Made by a program: the position numbers and the translations under genes. The notes below the pieces were generated by a model, which had not been told where the DNA came from, searched no databases, and worked only from the letters and a program-made list of their open reading frames with translations. Below, piece by piece: positions 17,650 through 25,409 of a DNA stretch of 64,000 bases (within the stretch, counting starts at the first letter, position 1; every line of letters begins with the position of its first letter). Source of the stretch: an uncultured Pseudomonadales bacterium (lineage in GTDB: Bacteria > Patescibacteriota > Microgenomatia > UBA1400 > PJMF01); NCBI GenBank assembly GCA_964511345.1, contig CAZEEV010000001.1:8089-72088 (forward strand). Reading direction: 5' to 3'.

Positions 17650-18684
17650 CTAAATACCATTTGCGTATTTACACAGCAAACTTTTAAGCAGATGAGTAAA
17701 CTCTATATCATGAGTTAATAGCACCTCAGTCATCGGTAAACCTTTATCTGGTCCTAAAGCCGTATTTGGGTTGCAATCAATAAAATATGGAGTTTTAGTG
17801 CTTTCCTCATAACGAATGTCAAATTTAGCGTAATCACGATAATCCAAAGTTTCAAAAGCGCGAACAACCATTGGTGTAATACGATCAATTATTTCTTGTT
17901 CAGGAATTTTGTAACGATAGGCTTTGATGTCATCGTAACTTTCTAGACTGGTAAAATCATGTTTTCCATCTGGTTTGGTACGAAAGATTTTTTGGCCAAG
18001 CAAAACATGTTTCTTGTGACCATCGTCAAAAATCACCGCAGTAATTTCTGGACCATCGATAAATTGTTCAGCGATGACGTGCATTTTGTGTTGCTCAATC
18101 ATTTTGGCGATTTTTTTAGTGGCAGCTTCCATGGTTTCTTTCACTGCCTTATTATCAATTCCTACACTGCCACCGCTTTCGTTAAGCTTAACGATCAACG
18201 GCAAACCCAAATCGGCAGGAATTTTAGAACGCATATCTTTAATAAATTTATAGGCTGGAGTAGGAACGTCATGGGCGATTAGCATTTGTTTAAACATGTG
18301 TCTATCATTTCCCAAAACCAAACCTTTCAAACCAGCTCCAGTATATTTAATTGCTGAAAGCTCTAAGGCTCCAGGAACGGCTGGTTGTAGTCTTTCTTTA
18401 CCTCTGACGGTGTCGACAAGATTTAGAACTAAATCTGGCTTATCTACGAGAATATTGGTCAAAAAATATTGATTGGCAGCATAGCCTTTAACTGCAATGC
18501 CTAATTTAGCAACTTCAGCAATCACTTCTTCAGCGCGATCCTCCACCTCTACTTCAGCCTCGTAGGCTCCTTCTGTCGGAAAATCTTCTCGATCAACATG
18601 AGAATAGGCCACAGCCACCAATTTCAATTTTTTCAAAGCAAGTTCATCTACAAAGAAGGGGGTTTGGAAATTCTTTTGAGACAT
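17650..18684 (-). CDS. D-Ala-D-Ala ligase-like ATP-grasp enzyme
   Basis: PLIVKLNESGGSVGI, EQFIDGPEIT, DYAKFDIR, IDCNPN; lacks the N-terminal GG.S.E motif of true Ddl. Confidence 0.8.
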   Translation of the reverse strand: MSQKNFQTPFFVDELALKKLKLVAVAYSHVDREDFPTEGAYEAEVEVEDRAEEVIAEVAKLGIAVKGYAANQYFLTNILVDKPDLVLNLVDTVRGKERLQPAVPGALELSAIKYTGAGLKGLVLGNDRHMFKQMLIAHDVPTPAYKFIKDMRSKIPADLGLPLIVKLNESGGSVGIDNKAVKETMEAATKKIAKMIEQHKMHVIAEQFIDGPEITAVIFDDGHKKHVLLGQKIFRTKPDGKHDFTSLESYDDIKAYRYKIPEQEIIDRITPMVVRAFETLDYRDYAKFDIRYEESTKTPYFIDCNPNTALGPDKGLPMTEVLLTHDIEFTHLLKSLLCKYANGI

Positions 18685-18742
18685 ATGTATTTATCCTTGC
18701 AGATTTAAACTCCTTTGTCTAGATGAAAACCAGTGGGGAAAG

Positions 18743-18783
18743 TATCCTATAATATTGACTTTCTAATCATTATCGGATACAAT
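18743..18783 (+). promoter_or_regulatory. Promoter with TATCCTATAA box: TATCCTATAA-TA-TTGACT-17nt-TACAAT
   Basis: Box 18743-18752, -35 18755-18760, -10 18778-18783. Confidence 0.8.
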
Positions 18784-18788
18784 TAATG

Positions 18789-18948
18789 ACCTCTGGCTAG
18801 AGGTAACTGGCAAAATGCTTGCCAAATTACTCATAACCAGATCAAAGTTCTTTAATAAGCACTGCGAAAGCTCCTTATTGGGCAAAAGGAATATTAAAAA
18901 ATATGTCTTTTGCCCCGTAAGGGGCATTATTCTTTCTTGGAGGGTTAT
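18789..18948 (+). ncRNA. Structured 5' leader, about 160 nt, class unknown
   Basis: Hairpins ACCTCT/AGAGGT, TGGCAA/TTGCCA, AATAAG/CTTATT, GGGCAAAAGG/TCTTTTGCCC, TGCCCC-GTAA-GGGGCA; SD GGAGG at 18939-18943. Confidence 0.6.
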
Positions 18949-19299
18949 GTGTCACGCTTGAAAAGTTATGCAAGGAAATTTGAAAAAGGTGGTGGTGAAA
19001 CCTACCGCATCATCTGCCTAGATCAGGCAGATATCCAAGCTGCTAAAGAGTTGGGCTTCATAGTTACAACGGATAGGCTTAATGGGAGATACCTTAAAAT
19101 TGCTTTTTCAAGCAATGATAAGGACTTCGCAACCAAAAACCAACTAAAAATTAATCAGTTGGCTCAGAGTATCAGGGATAAACAACACCCTGATCCTTTA
19201 AAAATGAAGGAAGAAAAGCAATTTGCTCATCTTCAGCACCAAGCTGATTTAAGCAAATATCGTTTAGAAAAAAGTTTGCGTAAACGCAGTAATTATTAA
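18949..19299 (+). CDS. Orphan basic protein (116 aa)
   Basis: In-frame GTG 5 nt after GGAGG; followed by a terminator. Confidence 0.6.
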   Translation: MSRLKSYARKFEKGGGETYRIICLDQADIQAAKELGFIVTTDRLNGRYLKIAFSSNDKDFATKNQLKINQLAQSIRDKQHPDPLKMKEEKQFAHLQHQADLSKYRLEKSLRKRSNY

Positions 19300-19303
19300 A
19301 GAT

Positions 19304-19333
19304 AAGGCTCATCCGCAAGGATGAGCCTTTTTT
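19304..19333 (+). terminator. Intrinsic terminator
   Basis: AAGGCTCATCC-GCAA-GGATGAGCCTT followed by a T tract. Confidence 0.9.
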
Positions 19334-19366
19334 GTAGCTTATTTTGATATTTGGTATAATGCAGAC

Positions 19367-19660
19367 ATGAGCATTGAAAGTGAACGAGATAAAGATTTAC
19401 GTCGAATTCGCTCAATCAATGTAGGAACTCCAGGACACGAATGGTTTGAGCGTTCGTCAGTTAATTCCAAAGAAACTCAAGAAATAGATCCAAGTCAGCT
19501 AAATTTAAATACAGCTGAAGATTTTCTGAAGTTTTTAAATGCTCTTGTTCGAGGAGAACAGAAGTCGCTTGCTTTTTTACAGAAAATTCCCCAAGAAAGA
19601 AAAGACGAACTCAAAGAAATACACACTCAATTTTCAGAATTTTTTCCCGCGTTAGATTAG
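19367..19660 (+). CDS. Hypothetical protein
   Basis: 97-aa ORF; TGgTATAAT-6nt-ATG. Confidence 0.65.
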   Translation: MSIESERDKDLRRIRSINVGTPGHEWFERSSVNSKETQEIDPSQLNLNTAEDFLKFLNALVRGEQKSLAFLQKIPQERKDELKEIHTQFSEFFPALD

Positions 19661-19669
19661 TAAGCTATT

Positions 19670-20140
19670 TTAATTTAAAAATAGAATTGCTCCATTAAGT
19701 GTGCTAGCAAAAGTTACCCATAATAAATAAGGAATTAATAGATAAGCTGCCCATTTAGAAAGTGGGTGGAATTTATAAATAGTTAGAATGATTAAAATCC
19801 ATAGGGCAACAATATCAATTAATCCAAGGAGCGGAGATCTTAGGCCAAAAAATAAGGGTGACCAGATAAAATTTAAGAATAATTGAGTAAAAAAGAATTT
19901 CTTAGCGATTTGAGCTTTTTTAGTTTTAGAATTTTGTTTCCAAATCAAATAAAAGGATGCGCCCATTAAAAAGTATAAAAGTGTCCAAGCTGGTCCAAAT
20001 AGCCAGTTAGGTGGAGCAAAAAATGGTTTTTCAAGAGTAGCGTACCATGAGGGAATGGCGGCAACAGTAAACGGAGTGCCTAAAATACCCACTAACTCAC
20101 ATCCAATAACAGAAATGAGCAATTTGGCAGAATTTTTCAT
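19670..20140 (-). CDS. tspO: TspO/MBR family membrane protein
   Basis: WYATLEKPFFAPPNWLFGPAWT, LNFIWSPLFF, PYLLWVTFA. Confidence 0.93.
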   Translation of the reverse strand: MKNSAKLLISVIGCELVGILGTPFTVAAIPSWYATLEKPFFAPPNWLFGPAWTLLYFLMGASFYLIWKQNSKTKKAQIAKKFFFTQLFLNFIWSPLFFGLRSPLLGLIDIVALWILIILTIYKFHPLSKWAAYLLIPYLLWVTFASTLNGAILFLN

Positions 20141-20826
20141 ATGGCTTTTTTTGGAACGAAAAGCTCTTTAATTATTTGGCTTGTGTTAAATAAATTTTTT
20201 TCATTTGAGTGACTTAGCCTATTAAAACTTTCAACTGCCTTTGGCAGAAGTTTCAATATTTTTGCGCACTCTGCTATCAACACATCTGGCCATGAACATT
20301 TTTTAGCAATGATGTATTGTTTCCATAAATTAACTAGTTTGTTTTCATACAATGCATTATCAGCATTATTATCGTAAGAATATATTCCTTCTTGGTTGTT
20401 TAACTGTTTGGTTTGATTATGGTTGAGTAAATTTTCGAAGATTTGAGTTTGTTCTAAGACAAACTGACGCAAATTGTCAAAAATTTCTGTCATTTGAACC
20501 CCATCTTTTTTTGCAATTCTTGTTACTATGTCTAGTCTAAAAGCAAAATTAGCGTAAACTGACTCTCGTTCGTATCTTTCTTCATCTTCGCCAAACGAAT
20601 TTTTTTCTTCACTTTCCCACTTTTTTACAGACTTCGTTAGCTGCTCCATTGATTTATCTTTTTTTATCAATTCTGTCGATTTATTGGCGTCAGCATTTTG
20701 GAATCGAGTACCAAATTCTATAGCACCATAATCTAATAATTGAATAGCGTTTTTAACGGGAGATTCATTTATTTCGATCAAAGCTGGTTTGTTATCTAAT
20801 TGAGAACTCTCTTGATCAACTGACAT
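20137..20826 (-). CDS. Hypothetical protein
   Basis: 229-aa ORF overlapping the tspO start by 4 nt. Confidence 0.65.
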   Translation of the reverse strand: MSVDQESSQLDNKPALIEINESPVKNAIQLLDYGAIEFGTRFQNADANKSTELIKKDKSMEQLTKSVKKWESEEKNSFGEDEERYERESVYANFAFRLDIVTRIAKKDGVQMTEIFDNLRQFVLEQTQIFENLLNHNQTKQLNNQEGIYSYDNNADNALYENKLVNLWKQYIIAKKCSWPDVLIAECAKILKLLPKAVESFNRLSHSNEKNLFNTSQIIKELFVPKKAI

Positions 20827-20853
20827 AGCTATATGGAGTCCATTCTACTATGT

Positions 20854-22059
20854 TTAATCTACAAAAGTCAAAGCAACGCCACTTTTATCAGCACGACCAG
20901 TACGACCAATACGGTGAACATAATCTGCGTAGGTTTCTGGTAAATCATAGTTGATAACGTGAGTGACGTTATTAATATCCAGACCACGTGAAACCACGTC
21001 AGTAGCTAACAAAACTTGCACACGATCCTCGCGGAATTGTTGCAAGGCTTTTTGTCTTTGACCTTGAGTTTTATTGCCATGAATTGAAGCAACTTTAAAA
21101 CCGCGACTATCCAATTCTCTGCTAAGTCTTTCCATACCAAATTTGGTACGGCCAAAGACCAGCACTTTTTGAAACTCTTTTTGAATTAACAAATCATGTA
21201 AGACTTCGACTTTAACTCTGCCCTTGAGTCTAACAACATCTTGATCAATATTAAGTTTGTTTTCTGCTGATTTAATGACGACATGCACAGGATTTTTAAG
21301 AAAGCCTTGCATGATATTTTCTACTTTTTTATCAGTAGTAGCAGAGAAGAACAAAGATTGTCTTTCTTCTGGTAATTGGCTAATGATAGCTTCCATATCA
21401 TGGACAAAGCCCATGTCTAGCATGCGGTCCACTTCATCTAAAACGATAGTGTCAAAATGGACAAAATTTATTTTTCTTCTTTGACTCAAATCCTTCAAAC
21501 GACCTGGAGTACCGATCACAAAATTTGGTCTTCTTTGCAAACGTTCGATTTGGCGAGTAATAGAAGAGCCACCAATACAAATGGTAGAAAAGATCGGTAA
21601 ATTTTGACTAAAAGTGATCAATTCATCTCTAATCTGCAGAGCTAATTCACGAGTCGGAGTGACAACAAGCACTCTAGTGCTGGGGTTTTTCAAAACTTTA
21701 TCAATTAAAGGAATTAAAAAAGCTGCGGTTTTACCTGTGCCAGTATTAGCAATACCAACCACGTCTCTTCCTTCCACAATATGAGGAATGATTTGATCTT
21801 GAATTGGAGTAGGGGTGGTATAACCTTTGGCGGCTAAATTGATTTTGATTTGTTCATTAACGGCAAAGTCGGCAAAAGCATGCTGATTATGATATTGCTC
21901 TATGACTGTCTCTGATTGCTCATCAATAGTGGCTTTTTGAATAAACATAGAAGGATCGAAGCTGGTGATCTTTCTTCTGCCACCACTTCCACGATTTCTA
22001 TTGCCATTATTTCTGTTTGGAAAATTGGAATTAGAACGACGACGATTATTATGATACAT
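20854..22059 (-). CDS. DEAD-box RNA helicase
   Basis: Q motif PTPIQ, ANTGTGKT, PTRELA, TPGRL, DEVD, SAT, HRIGRTGR; R/N-rich N-terminus. Confidence 0.95.
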   Translation of the reverse strand: MYHNNRRRSNSNFPNRNNGNRNRGSGGRRKITSFDPSMFIQKATIDEQSETVIEQYHNQHAFADFAVNEQIKINLAAKGYTTPTPIQDQIIPHIVEGRDVVGIANTGTGKTAAFLIPLIDKVLKNPSTRVLVVTPTRELALQIRDELITFSQNLPIFSTICIGGSSITRQIERLQRRPNFVIGTPGRLKDLSQRRKINFVHFDTIVLDEVDRMLDMGFVHDMEAIISQLPEERQSLFFSATTDKKVENIMQGFLKNPVHVVIKSAENKLNIDQDVVRLKGRVKVEVLHDLLIQKEFQKVLVFGRTKFGMERLSRELDSRGFKVASIHGNKTQGQRQKALQQFREDRVQVLLATDVVSRGLDINNVTHVINYDLPETYADYVHRIGRTGRADKSGVALTFVD

Positions 22060-22108
22060 ATTTACTTCTTTCTTAGTCTTTCAGCGGTCAAAGACAAGAA
22101 GCAAATAT
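22058..22108 (-). promoter_or_regulatory. 5'UTR hairpin occluding the helicase start codon
   Basis: On the minus strand ATATTTGCTTCTT pairs with AAGAAGTAAATAT(G): 13 bp with one GU; inner GTCTTT/AAAGAC. Confidence 0.55.
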
Positions 22109-22155
22109 TTTTTTGCGTGCTCAAACCAATTGAATTATTTTAACTATGAGCAGAC

Positions 22156-22194
22156 ATTATAGCAGTTAATCACTGGATTGCAAATTATAGGATA
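22156..22194 (-). promoter_or_regulatory. Helicase promoter with TATCCTATAA box
   Basis: Minus strand reads TATCCTATAA-T-TTGCAA-16nt-TATAAT with TG extension; box at 22185-22194. Confidence 0.7.
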
Positions 22195-22266
22195 TTTAGA
22201 TTCTTATTTACAAATAGCGATTTATGATAGAATATGTACCTACGATTCTTAAGAGAATCAAAAATT

Positions 22267-23679
22267 ATGTCAAAAAAAGACGAACCTATACCTGCTAAAA
22301 AAGCAGAAAAAACAGTATATATTTGTAACCTTTCCGAAGACGTTTGGCCCTTCATCCAGGCTATCAGCAATGATCATGAGCGAGCTCTAGAAATAGACGA
22401 AAACGCCAATCTTTCTGATCGCGATCTCTTTACCACTTCAGAAGAAAGTGATTTGGTTTTTATTAGTCCTAAGCCTCTTCACAAGGGTTTTGTGGAATAC
22501 TACAAGAGTTTATTTGGTATTCGCAAGCTAGAGCTTTTGACTCCGAGAGTACACTCTGGAGAAACTTGTCGAGACGTCTATGAGGACAAGGAATTGTTTG
22601 AAAAAATTATCGATTTTGCTAATCATGTTAAAAAATTAACTCTAATTAGTTATTCGACCAGTGAGCAGTTTTTTACCTTAGTGAATAAGTTGAAAAAAAG
22701 AGGCATTACCGTTTATACGCCAGAGGCTCCTGAAGAAGAAGACGCCTGGACAGTGAACTTTTTTGGTAGTAAATCCGGTATTCGTCAACTAGCTCAACAA
22801 AGCATTGCTGAAGAACCAGATTTCATCATGAGTGATGGTTTGATTTGTGTAAATATTATTGATGCTGCCAAAATCGCTGCTAAAAAATATATTAAAGAAG
22901 GTGGTGTGGTTATTAAAACTAATAAAGGTCATTCTGGAGCAGGAGTGCTTATCTTGCGTCCTGGCGAATTATCTACAGAATATAAGGCTTGTGAAAAAGA
23001 AATTTATAAAATTCTTCAAAAAGATGAATACTGGGATAAGTTTCCAATTGTGATTGAAAGTTTAATCAATGTTAATTTTGCGGTTGGTGGTGGTTTCCCA
23101 AATGTAGAGTTCAAAATTAGCAAAAGTGGCCGCATTGATTATTTATATTACTGTGGTTGCCGTGTCACTAAAGAAGGCATATTTAAGGGAGTAGAGATTA
23201 ATGAAGATGTGATGAATGATCGTCTTATGACTCGTATTATTGACATGGGTTTTTTCATCGGTGAAAAATATGCTGCTAGTGGTTACCGTGGCTATTATGA
23301 TGTGGATTTAGTGGCGGCTAAAAATGGAGACTTGTATGTTTCTGAATCAAACACGAGACGTACCGGTGGCTCGCATGTTTATAAAACTGCTCTGAAGTTA
23401 ATTGGCAAAGATTTTCTAGATGATTCTTATATCTTATCCGATAACGCCTGGAAGTTGCCAAAAGGTATTACTCCAACTTTTGAAGAATTAATGGATAAAT
23501 TAAAACCTATTTTGTTTAATAAAAAAACCAAAGAAGGTATGGTTATCGCTTCTGCAAACTTACTTGGACAAGGTCAATTGGCCTACATTATTTTTGGCAA
23601 TTCCAAAAAGCGTGCTCTAGAAATTGAAGAAAAAGCTCAACAAATTCTAGCTAAGCTTGGCGAGAATGGCCATAAATAG
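22267..23679 (+). CDS. ATP-grasp fold protein (pre-ATP-grasp/PGM1-like peptide ligase)
   Basis: VVIKTNKGHSGAGV, GYRGYYDVD, VSESNTRRTGG (E-x-N-x-R); start MSKKDE chosen because TAGAAT abuts the upstream ATG. Confidence 0.7.
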   Translation: MSKKDEPIPAKKAEKTVYICNLSEDVWPFIQAISNDHERALEIDENANLSDRDLFTTSEESDLVFISPKPLHKGFVEYYKSLFGIRKLELLTPRVHSGETCRDVYEDKELFEKIIDFANHVKKLTLISYSTSEQFFTLVNKLKKRGITVYTPEAPEEEDAWTVNFFGSKSGIRQLAQQSIAEEPDFIMSDGLICVNIIDAAKIAAKKYIKEGGVVIKTNKGHSGAGVLILRPGELSTEYKACEKEIYKILQKDEYWDKFPIVIESLINVNFAVGGGFPNVEFKISKSGRIDYLYYCGCRVTKEGIFKGVEINEDVMNDRLMTRIIDMGFFIGEKYAASGYRGYYDVDLVAAKNGDLYVSESNTRRTGGSHVYKTALKLIGKDFLDDSYILSDNAWKLPKGITPTFEELMDKLKPILFNKKTKEGMVIASANLLGQGQLAYIIFGNSKKRALEIEEKAQQILAKLGENGHK

Positions 23680-24417
23680 AGGGATTTCGGTACGGGCGCG
23701 ATTTTCCATTTTGGCGGCTTTACCAACACTTTCTTTGTCTGAAGACCATTCTTCAATTTTCTCAATGACAAATCCAGTTTCAAAAAGCATTCGACTGTAG
23801 TCTTGTAAGCTGCGATGGAATGACCAGGTCATATTTTTAACTTGTCCTTGTTTTTGACCTGGGTTCATATCAATCGGAATTTTTAATTCAGACAAATAAC
23901 GGTTCACGAAGCGTTGTTGTTGCTTGTTTTTCTCATCAATGCTCCAGCCAGATTGGCGGGGAATGCGAAAACAAGGGTGATTGAGTACAATTAATAGCTG
24001 ACCGCCTTTTTTGAGGTAAGTAGCTGCGTTTTTAATCACGTTTTCTGCCTGTTCAATGTTTTGCAGTGCCAGAATAATAGTAGCTTTGTCAAATTTTTCT
24101 TCTCTTTCTCTAAGAACCTTACTGAGGTCGCAAGTCAAGAATTCATAGTTTCTCTCTCTATTTCTTTCATTGGCTTCTTTAATCAGTTCTTTAGCAAGAT
24201 CGAGCCCAAGATATTTTTGAACATGAGGAATTTTGCGAGCTAAGATGCCTTGACCACAGGCTAGATCCACCAGAGTGTCAGTGCTTTTTAAATCTAAAAG
24301 TCGCAAAACTCCTGGAATAACTACATGTTCGTGATAATAATGACCATCTTGACCAACAATTTTGTTGTACCATGGGGCGACTTTATTCCAAGAGGTGTCG
24401 TTGTTTTTTCTTTGCAC
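23647..24417 (-). CDS. Class I SAM-dependent methyltransferase
   Basis: LVDLACGQG, GLDL, LNHPCF; probable GTG start. Confidence 0.88.
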   Translation of the reverse strand: MQRKNNDTSWNKVAPWYNKIVGQDGHYYHEHVVIPGVLRLLDLKSTDTLVDLACGQGILARKIPHVQKYLGLDLAKELIKEANERNRERNYEFLTCDLSKVLREREEKFDKATIILALQNIEQAENVIKNAATYLKKGGQLLIVLNHPCFRIPRQSGWSIDEKNKQQQRFVNRYLSELKIPIDMNPGQKQGQVKNMTWSFHRSLQDYSRMLFETGFVIEKIEEWSSDKESVGKAAKMENRARTEIPLFMAILAKLS

Positions 24418-24440
24418 GATAGCTATATTATAGCTTAAGC

Positions 24441-24950
24441 ATGGCAAAACTGGTTTTAGTTAAGGATTTGATGCAAACTGATTATCAATATCAATTAACT
24501 GAAAAAGTAGGTCAAAATTTTCACCCTGATTTCAAACCTCAATTAAGTCCCAAAGAAATGTTGGAAATGGGTGTTTTTGGTGGGAAATACATGACGGATT
24601 GTAAAGATGAATTTCCAGAAAGTTGGTTTAAAAAAGCCAAGCTTTGCCACGAATTTCATGATCCTAAACTAAATTTTTTCAAAGTTAATGCTAGCCAACC
24701 TTTATCAGTTTGGCAGAAAAAAGGATGGATATACAAGGACGATCCTCGCGGGTGGTTTCAATGGTATTGTCGTTATTTTATGGGGCGCCGTTTACCAGAC
24801 GGAGAGGATGAACGACAAATTAAAAGATGGCGGCTTTTCCGTCGACATTTGGCACAAGTTGAGCGCAATTGTTTGCCGGGAGACTTCTCTTGTCGCAGAG
24901 TACAGCGTCAAGCTTTACTACACTGGGCTTATGATTCAAGGAGTTTTTAA
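24441..24950 (+). CDS. Conserved hypothetical protein (DPRGWFQWYCRY motif)
   Basis: PKEMLEMGVFGGKY, DPRGWFQWYCRY, DERQIKRW, RQALLHWAYD look like a conserved family; function unknown. Confidence 0.75.
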   Translation: MAKLVLVKDLMQTDYQYQLTEKVGQNFHPDFKPQLSPKEMLEMGVFGGKYMTDCKDEFPESWFKKAKLCHEFHDPKLNFFKVNASQPLSVWQKKGWIYKDDPRGWFQWYCRYFMGRRLPDGEDERQIKRWRLFRRHLAQVERNCLPGDFSCRRVQRQALLHWAYDSRSF

Positions 24951-24971
24951 ATATTATGCTAAAATTAATCT

Positions 24972-25400
24972 ATGACTCCAGGAATTGACTACCCAGCCAT
25001 ATCAGTTGTCTTTTTTTGCCATGATGGCGATGGTAATTATCTATTTAGCAAGAGAGGCAATCACTGTCGTGACGAGCATGGCTGTTATGATCCGGGTGGT
25101 GGTCGCTTGGAGTTGCATGAAACTATTGATCAACTTCTTCACCGTGAATTACAGGAAGAATACAATGCACAGCCACTGAAGTATGAATTTCTTGGCATTA
25201 GAGAAATGCATCGCATTAATAAAGGTCAGAAAACTCATTGGGTGGCTTTGGATTTTAAAGTTTTAATAGATCGCAAGGTAGTTAAAAATAACGAACCTTA
25301 TAAATTTGACGAGTTGGTTTGGCATCGTATGGATGATCTACCAAGTCCAATGCATTCACAGTTTGCTGTGGCACTGAAAAACTATAAAAATAAGTTTTAG
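24972..25400 (+). CDS. NUDIX hydrolase
   Basis: PGGGRLELHETIDQLLHRELQEE Nudix box. Confidence 0.88.
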   Translation: MTPGIDYPAISVVFFCHDGDGNYLFSKRGNHCRDEHGCYDPGGGRLELHETIDQLLHRELQEEYNAQPLKYEFLGIREMHRINKGQKTHWVALDFKVLIDRKVVKNNEPYKFDELVWHRMDDLPSPMHSQFAVALKNYKNKF

Positions 25401-25409
25401 CTTTAGTTG

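Noticed and set aside
17650-18684. Calling this gene ddl
   Set aside because: N-terminal Ddl motif is missing and the context is a peptidase, not mur genes
18741-18770. TATCCTATAA box as a dif/Xer recombination site
   Set aside because: It resembles a Firmicutes XerC arm (TTCCTATAA) but no copy has a TTATG-type XerD arm after a 6-bp spacer; the fixed spacing to -35/-10 fits a promoter element better
11422-20826. Prophage or integrative island at tRNA-Asn
   Set aside because: No integrase, no phage structural genes and no duplicated tRNA 3' end seen
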